Shown in pieces: positions 1 through 9,843 of a stretch of DNA of 14,970 nucleotides. How positions within the stretch are numbered: position 1 is the first letter of the stretch; every line of letters begins with the position of its first letter. A program made the position numbers and the translations under genes. Under the pieces are notes generated by a model. It did no database searches. It was not told the DNA's origin and saw nothing but the letters and a program-made list of their open reading frames with translations. Origin of the DNA: an uncultured Silvanigrella sp. (GTDB lineage: Bacteria > Bdellovibrionota_B > Oligoflexia > Silvanigrellales > Silvanigrellaceae); the NCBI GenBank assembly GCA_903932045.1, contig CAIZES010000373.1:1-14970 (forward strand), given 5' to 3'.

Positions 1-160
1 TCCGTTCTCTGTCCGTTCTCTGTCCGTTCTCTGTCCGTTCTCTGTCCGTTCTCTGTCCGTTCTCTGTCCGTTCTCTGTCCGTTCTCTGTCCGTTCTCTGT
101 CCGTTCTCGATTCTTTCTCGATTCTTTCTTGACTTGCCTCGACTCGTTCTCCGTTTTGCC
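1..160. repeat. 11-bp CT-rich tandem repeat array. About 9 perfect copies of tccgttctctg (1-99) are followed by degenerate 11-bp units (gattctttctc, gattctttctt, gacttgcctc, gactcgttctc). The array is truncated by the window edge.
   Basis: Direct reading: the exact 11-nt period shifts by one base per 10-nt block. Degenerate copies continue to about position 160. The array lies about 160-320 bp upstream of the fadD start. Confidence 0.9.
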
Positions 161-318
161 TCTTTTTGAGGCCGGTTGCTCTTAATTCCGCCCCTAACTA
201 AAAACACGACACTATTTGACCTCCGTTTCGCGGTCAACAGGCACCACCTCTTGGCACACCCATGCGAATCCCGTAGACTGTTGCGTGTTTAACCCAATCA
301 CTTGCCTAGAGGATTTAA

Positions 319-2141
319 TGCAACTCAACACACCCCCCGTTTCTCCAACGCGCCCCTGGGGAAATCTTTACAAGCCCAATACAAAGCCAGGAATAACCCT
401 TCCCAACTGGAAAAATCTTCAAGAAATGTTCGTCGATACTGCTAAAAAGTACGGCAACCAAGATGCTTTTTCCACGGTGCTGCCCAATGGCTTCACCTGC
501 ACCCACTCCTTTGCAGAAATCGATCGTTTGTCCGATAGTTTTGCAGCATATCTGCGCCTTCACTTGCGCCTGGAAAAAGGCGACCGTGTTGCTGTACAAC
601 TCCCAAACTGCCCAGCATGGCCCATTTGCGCATTCGGAATATTGAAGGCCGGCTGCGTATTGGTCAATACAAATCCTATGTACACCGAGCACGAAATGGA
701 ACATTTGCTCACCGACAGCGGCGCAAAAGTTCTTATTATTCTCAACTTATTCTTGGGAAAATTGGACAAAGCAATTCCCGCAACGCAGGTGCGCCATATT
801 GTTGTTTCCGACCTCGGCGACTTTTTCCCATTTCCCACATCGCAACTCATTTCGCTCAGCATGCGACTCAAAAAACAAATCGGCCGCACCCGTATGCCCA
901 TTCACTCACTCACAGGCGCAATCACACGCGGGCGCAGGCATTTTAAGGCGGTTCGGCCTTGGGAAACCCAAACTTGGGCGCCTGAGGGAGCTCATATTCC
1001 AAATTCTAGCGTACACAACGAACTCTCCGACGTTGCTCTTTTGCAATACACTGGTGGAACAACTGGAGTGAGCAAAGCCGCAATTCTCACTCATGAAAAC
1101 ATTTTGGCAAACGTAAATCAGGTGCTGGAATTTGCTTGGCAACGCCTCGATCCCGGCAGTGAAACAATTCTCACGGCACTCCCCCTGTATCATATTTTTG
1201 CGTTCACCGTGAACGCTCTCACGTTTTTTAGCATTGGCGGACACAATGTTATGGTGCCCAACCCTAGGCCCATATCCAATCTCAAACACGCATTCGACAC
1301 TTTTCCCATCACATGGATGTCGGGCGTAAATACATTATACAACGCTCTGCTGCATGAAGATTGGTTCACAAAACATCCACCCAAGCACCTTAAAGTAGCC
1401 ATTGCAGGAGGAGCTGCACTCCAACGCGCTGTTGGAGAAACTTGGAAACAAAAAATCAAAATGGATATTTTCGAAGGATATGGACTTACAGAATCGAGCC
1501 CCGTTGTTTGCTTTAATCCCGTCTGGGACGGCGCACCTACAAAACTGGGAAGTATTGGCATTCCGCTTCCCGGAACCGATGTCCGCATTGCCGACGACGA
1601 AGGTAATGAACTACCCATTGGCGATGCGGGAGAAATTCAAGTGCGCGGGCCGCAAGTTATGAAAGGCTACTGGAACAAACCCGACGAAACCAGCCACACT
1701 ATAAGAGAGGGATGGCTTTGCACTGGCGACATTGGGGTTATGGACCGCCAAGGATATTTTTCAATTGTGGACCGCAAAAAAGACATGATCCTTGTGAGCG
1801 GATTCAATGTCTATCCAAACGAAATTGAAGACGTTCTTGTTTCACATCCCAACGTCAAAGAAGCTGCCGTTATTGGCCTTCCCGACGACGCTACAGGAGA
1901 AACAATTCGAGCATATATTGTGTCGCGCATAGAACAACCCAATCCTGAGGTTCTCAAAAAACACTGCCGCGAATATCTCACAAGCTACAAAGTTCCACGC
2001 CAATTTATTTTTGTCACAGAGCTTCCCAAATCAAACGTTGGAAAGGTGTTACGCAAAGATCTTCGCAATGTTGCCCTGCAAGAATGGAATCAAAAAGAAA
2101 CACATACTCACCCACAAAGTCTTAAACCATTACAGAGTTGA
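319..2141 (+). CDS. fadD: Long-chain-fatty-acid--CoA ligase (AMP-binding acyl-CoA synthetase, FadD-like).
   Basis: The 641-aa ORF carries AMP-binding motifs: YTGGTTGVSKAAILTHENI, EGYGLTE, GWLCTGDIG and DRKKDMILVSGFNVYPNEIE...KSNVGKVLRKDLR. It aligns colinearly with E. coli FadD along its length. The start is set at ATG 319, preceded by GAGGA (309-313). The track's TTG at 216 would add a 34-aa extension absent from FadD homologues. Confidence 0.85.
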
Positions 2142-2152
2142 ACGGGAGAATC

Positions 2153-4588
2153 ATGAATCGCTATATTTGTGTGCACGGACATTTCTATCAACCTCCCCGC
2201 GAAAATCCCTGGCTAGAACGCATTGAGCTTCAAGACTCAGCAAATCCGTTCCACGATTGGAACGAGCGCATCACCGCAGAGTGTTATGCTCCCAATGCTC
2301 GTTCTCGACTTCTTGGTCCCAACGGAAAGGTTCGAGACATTGTGTCCAACTATTCACGTATGAGCTACAATTTTGGCCCCACGCTCATGGCTTGGATGGA
2401 ACGTCACGCAACATCGGCGTACAATGATATCATTGCGTCCAACGAAGAATCCAAAAAAAGATTTGGAGGACATCCTTCAGCCATTGCACAAGTGTACAAT
2501 CATATGATCATGCCCTTGGCCAATCGCCGAGACAAACAAACACAAGTTCGTTGGGGAATTCGCGACTACGAAAAACGCTTTGGAAATTCCCCCGAGGGAA
2601 TTTGGCTAGCAGAAACCGCTGTAGATATTGAAACACTCGAGGTATTAGCCGAGGCAGGCATTAAATACACAATTCTGTCACAGTACCAGGCCAAACGACA
2701 CCGCAAACTCAAATCATCCGACTGGCATGATGCCGTTGGAGGGCGCATAGACCCTTCTCATCCCTACATACAAAAATTGCCCTCCGGAAAAGAAATAAAT
2801 ATTTTCTTTTACGACGGCCCCATTTCACGTGGAATTGCATTTGAAGGACTCCTTAAAGATGGCAAAAAATTTGCCGACCGCCTGATGTCCGCATTTGTTG
2901 ACTCACGCAAACACACGCAAGTTGTAAATATTGCAACCGATGGCGAAACGTACGGCCATCACCACCAGTTCGGAGAAATGGCACTTTCATATGCACTGGA
3001 TTATATAGAAAGTGCGAAACTAGCAAAAATCACAAACTATGGTCAATTTCTGGAACTGTTTCCTCCCCAAAGCGAAGTAGAAATTTTGGAAAACACTTCG
3101 TGGAGCTGCTCGCACGGAATTGAACGCTGGCGGGCCAACTGTGGATGCAATAGCGGCGGCAAACCAGGTTGGAATCAGGAATGGCGCGGACCCTTGCGTC
3201 ATGCTTTCGATTTCCTGCGCGACACACTTGCACCACACTACGAACAGCGGATGGCACAGTATTTGAAAGATCCCTGGGAAGCACGGGATGCCTATATCGA
3301 AATTATTCTCGATCGTTCGCGCGAACAAATCGATCGCTTTTTTTCCACTCGCGCAATCAAACAACTCACGCCCGCCGAAAAAAGCTCCGCACTCAAACTT
3401 CTTGAACTTCAACGCCACGCAATGCTCATGTATACAAGTTGCGGTTGGTTTTTTGATGAGCTTTCGGGCATTGAGACCGTCCAGTGTTTGCAATATGCCG
3501 GAAGAGTTGTGCAGCTCGCACATGAAGAAATGGACAACCTCAAAACGCTGGAAAACGATTTCTTGCGTTTGCTCACACGTACGAAAGGCAACACAACCAC
3601 CTTTCCCGACGGCCAAGCGCTGTATCGTTCTGCCGTAAAACCGGCCATGATCGATTTCTTAAAAGTTGCAGCTCATCATGCCGTAGCGTCCATTTTTGAA
3701 CCTTCTCAACAAGAAGCAGATTTGTACAGCTACCGCATTGTTCAAGACGATATTCGCTTCTTGGAAGCCGGAAAAACTTCGCTCGTGCTTGGAAAAGCCC
3801 GCATCACGAGTCAAATTACGTTAGAACATGCGGAAGTAGAATTCGGCGCTCTGCACTTTGGCGACCACGCCATCAACGCCGGCGTGCGCCACCACGTTTG
3901 TGACGAATCGTATCAGGTTTTGCTAAACGAGGTTTTGGATTCCTTTAACAAAATGGATTTCACATCTATAATTCGCTTATTCGATAAACACTTTCCCTCA
4001 TCAACATTCTCACTCAAATCACTTTTCAGAGACGAACAACGGCGCATTCTCAACACCTTGCTCACCGAAACCTCTCACGACCTCAGCGGTATCTACAACA
4101 AAATATACCAAGATCACTACACGCTCATGCGCTTTTTGGTAGAAACAGGAAATCCTCTGCCCCATTCGTTTACCGCAATAACGAATTTCGTGATAGATTC
4201 GCGATTGCGTTCCATTCTGTCCGCAAACGACCTCGATATCGCGCGTTTGGAACAAACATTGGAAGATGGAAATCGTTGGCATTTTCTGCTTGAAGAAAAA
4301 GAATTCTCACATCTCTTTCGCAGTCGTGCCGAAAATATTTCGGCTCAATTTTCACAAAAACCTCACAGCCTAGAAATTCTTTCACAGCTGGAAGAATTTG
4401 TGGGGATTATTGGGACACTTCCGTTCCAAGTGAATTTGTGGCGCGTTCAAAACGATTTCTTCCAACTCACAAAGGACGCATTTCCAACGCTAAGCAAACA
4501 AGGCGGCTCGGAGGAATATTCAGCCGATGCCTGGCTCGCTCTCTTTCAAACTCTGGGAAATCATCTTTCCATCAGCTTGCCAGCGTAA
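2153..4588 (+). CDS. Glycoside hydrolase family 57 protein (GH57 N-terminal catalytic domain plus a long C-terminal DUF3536-like region). Putative alpha-glucan-active enzyme.
   Basis: An ORF of about 810 aa. The N-terminus ICVHGHFYQPPRENPW and later motifs are typical of GH57 catalytic domains. The GGGAGA RBS lies 4 nt before ATG 2153. The track's TTG at 2138 overlaps the fadD stop TGA (2139-2141). The tight spacing suggests an operon with fadD. Confidence 0.6.
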   Translation: MNRYICVHGHFYQPPRENPWLERIELQDSANPFHDWNERITAECYAPNARSRLLGPNGKVRDIVSNYSRMSYNFGPTLMAWMERHATSAYNDIIASNEESKKRFGGHPSAIAQVYNHMIMPLANRRDKQTQVRWGIRDYEKRFGNSPEGIWLAETAVDIETLEVLAEAGIKYTILSQYQAKRHRKLKSSDWHDAVGGRIDPSHPYIQKLPSGKEINIFFYDGPISRGIAFEGLLKDGKKFADRLMSAFVDSRKHTQVVNIATDGETYGHHHQFGEMALSYALDYIESAKLAKITNYGQFLELFPPQSEVEILENTSWSCSHGIERWRANCGCNSGGKPGWNQEWRGPLRHAFDFLRDTLAPHYEQRMAQYLKDPWEARDAYIEIILDRSREQIDRFFSTRAIKQLTPAEKSSALKLLELQRHAMLMYTSCGWFFDELSGIETVQCLQYAGRVVQLAHEEMDNLKTLENDFLRLLTRTKGNTTTFPDGQALYRSAVKPAMIDFLKVAAHHAVASIFEPSQQEADLYSYRIVQDDIRFLEAGKTSLVLGKARITSQITLEHAEVEFGALHFGDHAINAGVRHHVCDESYQVLLNEVLDSFNKMDFTSIIRLFDKHFPSSTFSLKSLFRDEQRRILNTLLTETSHDLSGIYNKIYQDHYTLMRFLVETGNPLPHSFTAITNFVIDSRLRSILSANDLDIARLEQTLEDGNRWHFLLEEKEFSHLFRSRAENISAQFSQKPHSLEILSQLEEFVGIIGTLPFQVNLWRVQNDFFQLTKDAFPTLSKQGGSEEYSADAWLALFQTLGNHLSISLPA

Positions 4589-4821
4589 CGTAAAATTCGC
4601 GAAACCACGTTGCTATATTTAGGGCACTGAGCCGGGTCACCAAACTCTTCGCAGTTGGCGCACGAATTGTAACCATGAGATTGACAACACTCCCGAATTT
4701 GGCACCATGTGCCGCGATCATTTCCATGACACGTCAAACAATTTCCATCTTTGTATCTCCGGCAAGCACCACAATATAAACCGCAATGGGATGCAAGCAA
4801 AGCATTGGCCTGAAGATCCAT
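4561..4821 (-). CDS. Small cysteine-rich protein, DUF3795-like (11 Cys in 86 aa). Putative metal/Fe-S binding.
   Basis: The ORF is 86 aa with the pattern HCGLYCGACRRY...CLTCHG...WCQIRECC...CANCEEF...QCP. A strong RBS (GGAAGGAGAA) precedes ATG on the minus strand. The 3' end overlaps the convergent GH57 gene by 28 bp. Confidence 0.55.
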   Translation of the reverse strand: MDLQANALLASHCGLYCGACRRYKDGNCLTCHGNDRGTWCQIRECCQSHGYNSCANCEEFGDPAQCPKYSNVVSRILRYAGKLMER

Positions 4822-4847
4822 CTTTGTTCTCCTTCCGTGAAAATAAG

Positions 4848-4921
4848 CTCCTCTAGGGCTCCTCTAGGGCTCCTCTTGAGTTCCTATCGAGCTCCTATCG
4901 AGATCCTATCGAGATCCTATC
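4848..4921. repeat. 11-bp degenerate tandem repeat array of about 6.7 copies: ctcctctaggg x2, ctcctcttgag, ttcctatcgag, ctcctatcgag, atcctatcgag, atcctatc.
   Basis: Direct reading. The period matches the 11 bp of the array at 1-160. The array lies about 27 bp upstream of the DUF3795 start codon on the minus strand. On the minus strand it reads as tandem AGAGGAG/ATAGGAG (Shine-Dalgarno-like) motifs. Confidence 0.85.
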
Positions 4922-5048
4922 TAACGGTAAAGAATTTTTTCAATATGGAAAGTCGCGTCATTATTTTGTACGCAAAACTGACACAAATAAGCGCCTAGAT
5001 GTGTGTAAGCAATTTCAATGGCTGTAGAAATTCTATCAATTGATGGTT

Positions 5049-7016
5049 CTATAGCATCTCAAGATAATCGCGATGATCCAACGCCCCATTTGTTGGCACC
5101 AGTAGATTCAGCAATTCATTTGCAATCTCTGCTTTGAGTTGAGCATCGTGCCGGCTCCAGGTTCTGCTCTTAACCTCAAGATAGGTACCCAAATTTGGAG
5201 ATTTTACTTGGTCTAGGTTCACAAAATACTCGGTACCCTTGAAATTCACCAACCAACGTCTGCGATCTTTTTCAATTGTAATCTCTTTTTCCGGTCTAAA
5301 ATACTCACGATAAAATCGAAGGCTATGCTGAGCGGACGACACATACCGACTCCTACTCAACACCACGCCAGAGTCGAATTTTTCTTCTCGGGAGGGCCCA
5401 ACATGCGTCAGACGATAACGAGCCTGACTGATAGTTCCATCAAGCTCCACAAATTCATCTTCGCGATAGCGCACGTAACCTTGCTCGGCATCGTTAAACA
5501 TAAGATAGGTATCGAACTCTTTATAATGCCGGACCCTAACAATTTCGAGGCCCGACTTTTGAATTTTTTGAAGCACACTTTGCACATTATCAATTTTGCA
5601 CTTAGCTTGTACTTCAAAGTGCTCACCCTCTATTGCACCACCAATACTGATGAGTTTTGTAAGCACCGAACGATCTCGCGGCACAAAAAAAGCATCCACA
5701 CGTTCAGCAAATTTTTGAGCTTCTGCAATAAGCGATTCTTCGTCAATGGTTAGCAAACGAGAATTTTGCATCAACCACTTCCCGTTAACCATCACATCAC
5801 AAACATCAGATGCTTTTGCTGCATATACAATTTGAGAATAAATTGTACCGGCATCACGTTTAAACCGTGGCTGATTGTGCACTCGGCTAGTATCGAGCAA
5901 AATGAGGTCTGCACGTTTGCCGGGTTCCAGCGAGCCTGTGATTTTATCCAAATGAAGGGAAGCAGCGCCCATGCGAGTTCCCATCAAAAGAGCAGTACGA
6001 GCGGGAACAACGGTAGGATCGCCAGTCACGCCCTTGGGCAAAAGCGCCGCCAAACGAATTTCCTCAAACATGTCCAAATCATTGTTTGATGCGGGACCAT
6101 CGGTACCAATACCAACATTAATGCCGCTCTCTAACATTTTCACAACCGGAGCAATTCCCGAAGCCAACTTTAAATTGGACGTTGGATTGTGCGCAATGCC
6201 TGCGTTGGCATTTTTCATTGCTCGCATTTCGCCTTCGTCGATATGCACACAGTGGGCACCAATCAGTTTTGCATCCAAAAGCCCCATTTTTTTAATGTAA
6301 GGAATAACGGGCATACCTTTTTCTTTTCGAACTCCATCCACCTCACTCGTAGACTCCGCAAGGTGCATTTGAATAGGAATATCAAAGTCACGAGCGAGAT
6401 CGGCGCAAGCCTTCAGAATATCATCGGTACATGTGTATGGTGCATGCGGAGCAACACAGGGATAAATTAAGGGGTGATTTTTCCACTTGCGCGCAAATTC
6501 ACGGCATGCTTCCAAAGAGTCTTCGTACGAGGCTGCATCGGGCGACGGAAATTTCAGCACCGACTGCCCCAACAACGCGCGCATTCCAACTTCAGCTGTA
6601 GCCTCGGCAATGGCATCTTCAAAATAATACATATCTGCAAAAGTTGTAACACCCGAACGAACAAGCTCCGCGCAGGCCAACTTTGTCCCAAGGCGAACAA
6701 AATCATTATCAACAAACTCACGTTCTACGGGCATAATGTAACCCATTAACCAAACATCCAAACGCAAGTCGTCGGAAAGTCCGCGCAGCAACGTCATTGG
6801 CACATGCGTGTGAGCATTCACCAACCCTGGCATGAGCACTTTGCCACCACAGTCTTTAAGCGATGCCTTTGGATACTTGGCAAGCACATCGGCTTGATGT
6901 CCCACTTCCAAGATTTTGCTACCCGAAATGGCAATTGCTCCTCTTTCGAACTGCTGAAAATTTTCGTCCATACAAAGAACATGGGCATTATGAAGGACAA
7001 GAACTGAGTCTTTCAC
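5049..7016 (-). CDS. Two-domain protein. N-terminal ~440 aa: MtaD-like amidohydrolase (5'-methylthioadenosine/S-adenosylhomocysteine/adenosine-type deaminase). C-terminal ~200 aa: CYTH / class IV adenylate cyclase (CyaB)-like triphosphate-tunnel domain.
   Basis: N-terminus: the metal-binding motif HTHVPMTLLRGLSDDLRLDVWL and the overall amidohydrolase layout match MtaD/guanine-deaminase family enzymes. C-terminus: EHFEVQAKCKID ... DTYLMFND ... VRYRED ... FVNLDQVKS..GTYLEVKSRTW follows the beta-strand pattern of CYTH/CyaB domains. The canonical ExExK motif is degenerate (EVQAK). Confidence 0.7.
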   Translation of the reverse strand: MKDSVLVLHNAHVLCMDENFQQFERGAIAISGSKILEVGHQADVLAKYPKASLKDCGGKVLMPGLVNAHTHVPMTLLRGLSDDLRLDVWLMGYIMPVEREFVDNDFVRLGTKLACAELVRSGVTTFADMYYFEDAIAEATAEVGMRALLGQSVLKFPSPDAASYEDSLEACREFARKWKNHPLIYPCVAPHAPYTCTDDILKACADLARDFDIPIQMHLAESTSEVDGVRKEKGMPVIPYIKKMGLLDAKLIGAHCVHIDEGEMRAMKNANAGIAHNPTSNLKLASGIAPVVKMLESGINVGIGTDGPASNNDLDMFEEIRLAALLPKGVTGDPTVVPARTALLMGTRMGAASLHLDKITGSLEPGKRADLILLDTSRVHNQPRFKRDAGTIYSQIVYAAKASDVCDVMVNGKWLMQNSRLLTIDEESLIAEAQKFAERVDAFFVPRDRSVLTKLISIGGAIEGEHFEVQAKCKIDNVQSVLQKIQKSGLEIVRVRHYKEFDTYLMFNDAEQGYVRYREDEFVELDGTISQARYRLTHVGPSREEKFDSGVVLSRSRYVSSAQHSLRFYREYFRPEKEITIEKDRRRWLVNFKGTEYFVNLDQVKSPNLGTYLEVKSRTWSRHDAQLKAEIANELLNLLVPTNGALDHRDYLEML

Positions 7017-7090
7017 TTTTTGGATCCTTTCCTAGAACTTTTTACCTACGTCGTGCTATGTCTATAGAATTGTGCGCTCAGTATACTCAC

Positions 7091-7110
7091 CCTGTCTGTC
7101 CGCAGACAAG
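7091..7110. promoter_or_regulatory. Inverted repeat cctgtctg-tccg-cagacaag immediately upstream of the ITPase RBS. Possible operator or 5'-UTR hairpin.
   Basis: Direct reading. A 6-7 bp stem with a 4-nt spacer lies about 20 bp upstream of GTG 7129, inside the divergent intergenic region between the deaminase and ITPase genes. Confidence 0.3.
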
Positions 7111-7128
7111 CAATGGAGACAATAAACC

Positions 7129-8001
7129 GTGACAACCTTCGTTTGCACAGGAAATACGGGAAAGATTCAAGAATATTTCGCCTATTTGGGAGGCAAAAAA
7201 GCAGCCAATCTGGTTGGCATCGACGACATGGAAGAATCTTCTGGACTCCTCTTTGTTGAGCCCGAAGAAAATTACAATTTTTTTCTGGGAAATGGCTTTC
7301 TCAAGTTAGCATCCTCCCTTCGCTTTGTTGCCGACACCATTGCCCGTGGCGAAGACTCCGATCCCGAAATTGTGGAACGAATTATTGTCGACGATTCTGG
7401 CTTGTGTGTGCCTGCACTCAACTTTGAACCCGGCGTACATTCTGCATATTACGGCGGACAACCCCGTGGGGCCGATCGCAATCGCTTGCGTTTGCGAGAA
7501 GAAATCGCACGAATTCACGGAAAAAATCTTGCCGAAGAGCCCCAAATTGACGTTCGGGTGCCAGGCTTTTTTGTTTGCTTTATTCTTTCTGCAAAGGTTT
7601 CCAAAGAAATGCTGCGCGAGGTTTTGAGTCCATCCTTCCGCATTCGCGACTTTCGTTCTGCACCCTTGGAGGCCATCGAAAAAGATGTCATTAACCGAGT
7701 GACACAAGACATTGCTGAAGGCAAAAACGCAGGGGGATCTTTTCACTCAAGCGTAAAGTGGAGCGAACTCTACGTTGGCCTTCCTGTTCAAGGCTCGTTT
7801 GCCATCGATTTCGGGTACTGTCTTGGCGAAGTCTCTACCCAGGAACAAGCGCTTATTCCGGGCGCTGGACACGGCTACGACAACATGTACTACGCAAAAC
7901 AACACCCACAGCTTTCTTTTGCCAGCATACCAATGGAACAAAAAAATGCCGAAAGCCATCGATCACTCGCAATGCAATCGCTGCAAAAACACCCGGTATA
8001 A
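7129..8001 (+). CDS. rdgB: Non-canonical purine NTP pyrophosphatase (Ham1/RdgB/ITPase family) with an internal insertion of about 80 aa.
   Basis: CTGNTGKIQE matches the ATGNxGKxxE N-terminal motif. DDSGLCVPALNFEPGVHSAYYGG matches DDSGLxVxxLxGxPGxYSARYxG. The C-terminal GAGHGYDNMYY...ESHRSLAMQSL matches GFGYDPIF...SHRGxAL. Start is GTG with GGAGAC 8 nt upstream. An insertion of about 80 aa lies between the core and the C-terminal motif. Confidence 0.75.
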   Translation: MTTFVCTGNTGKIQEYFAYLGGKKAANLVGIDDMEESSGLLFVEPEENYNFFLGNGFLKLASSLRFVADTIARGEDSDPEIVERIIVDDSGLCVPALNFEPGVHSAYYGGQPRGADRNRLRLREEIARIHGKNLAEEPQIDVRVPGFFVCFILSAKVSKEMLREVLSPSFRIRDFRSAPLEAIEKDVINRVTQDIAEGKNAGGSFHSSVKWSELYVGLPVQGSFAIDFGYCLGEVSTQEQALIPGAGHGYDNMYYAKQHPQLSFASIPMEQKNAESHRSLAMQSLQKHPV

Positions 8002-8079
8002 CTAGACACATCCCTATGCAGCTTATTACAATGCGGCCATGCAATGTTCTGTTTGAATTTCTCAAAAGGAGAAACTCCC

Positions 8080-8844
8080 ATGGACCCTATTGTTTTGTTT
8101 TTTATCGGATTGTGCGTGCTCACAATCATTTCGTCACTTCGCATCATTCAAGAGTACGAGAGAGGTGTTATTTTCCGCTTGGGAAAAGCCCTTCAACAGG
8201 TAAAAGGCCCCGGCCTTATTTTTATCATGCCATATGGAATTGACCGCGTTGTTAAAGTGGACTTGCGTGTGCTCACGCTAGACGTACCGGCACAAGACGT
8301 TATCACCCGTGATAACGTTTCCGTAAAAGTGAATGCTGTTGTGTATTTTCAGGTTACAAACGCCCGCCAGGCCACTCTTGCTGTGAGTAATTACCTCTAC
8401 GCAACATCACAGCTTGCTCAAACAACTCTGCGCTCTGTTTGCGGACAACAAGACCTCGATCAGCTTCTTTCTGCACGCGATCGCATTAACGATGCTCTCA
8501 AAGTTATTCTCGACAAACACACCGAACCTTGGGGCGTAACGGTAAATCTGGTTGAAGTTAAACAAATTGATCTGCCCACGGAAATGCAACGCGCCATGGC
8601 CAAACAGGCGGAAGCCGAACGTGAAAGACGCGCAAAAGTCATTCATGCACTTGGCGAACAAGAGGCCGCAACCAAGCTCACAGAGGCCGCCAATGTTATG
8701 CAAGAGCGCCCCATGTCGCTTCAACTTCGATACCTTCAAACACTCTCGGAAATTGCCGTAGAAAAAAATTCTACAATAGTTTTTCCAATTCCAATTGAGT
8801 TCATGCAACTGGTTGATTCCCTCGGCGGCAAAAAACATCAATAA
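8080..8844 (+). CDS. SPFH/Band 7/stomatin-like membrane protein (slipin, QmcA-like).
   Basis: An N-terminal TM helix is followed by an SPFH domain colinear with E. coli QmcA (RGVIFRLGK...[30 protein letters not shown]...). The AAAGGAG RBS lies 8 nt before ATG 8080. The track's TTG at 8044 is less likely. Confidence 0.85.
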   Translation: MDPIVLFFIGLCVLTIISSLRIIQEYERGVIFRLGKALQQVKGPGLIFIMPYGIDRVVKVDLRVLTLDVPAQDVITRDNVSVKVNAVVYFQVTNARQATLAVSNYLYATSQLAQTTLRSVCGQQDLDQLLSARDRINDALKVILDKHTEPWGVTVNLVEVKQIDLPTEMQRAMAKQAEAERERRAKVIHALGEQEAATKLTEAANVMQERPMSLQLRYLQTLSEIAVEKNSTIVFPIPIEFMQLVDSLGGKKHQ

Positions 8845-9006
8845 ATAAAAAACCTTACCCTTGCCTTTTTGCTACCACAAAAAAACAAAAACTTTAGAAA
8901 AATTTGTTTTCAAAAAACTTGAGTCCAACCCAAAAAATATTTTTGTTGCATCGCTCGATTTGTTCACATAAACCTTCAGCAGTTCTCAAACAACAGGAGG
9001 GTTTTA

Positions 9007-9839
<833 letters not shown>

Positions 9840-9843
9840 CAGC

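Noticed and set aside
216-318. A 34-codon N-terminal extension of fadD from the track's TTG at 216.
   Set aside because: No RBS precedes the TTG at 216, whereas a good GAGGA lies before ATG 319. The alignment with E. coli FadD begins at the ATG 319 product, so the extension is likely untranslated.
4786-4998. A 70-aa ORF covering the 11-bp repeat array.
   Set aside because: Its translation is merely the repetitive reading of the array (SSRAPLGLLLSSYRAPIEIL). It has no RBS, so it is most likely a non-coding repeat.
7758-8243. A 161-aa + strand ORF spanning the ITPase 3' end and the SPFH 5' end.
   Set aside because: It is out of frame with, and fully overlaps, two strongly supported genes. The protein is low-complexity and Arg-rich, typical of a shadow ORF.
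8845-9006. A possible sRNA or promoter with phased A-tracts in the AT-rich gap before the lipoprotein gene.
   Set aside because: Only weak -35/-10 candidates (TTGCAT ...17... TAAACC) and no stable hairpin or terminator are present. This is most simply an AT-rich promoter/UTR region, so it is not reported as a feature.
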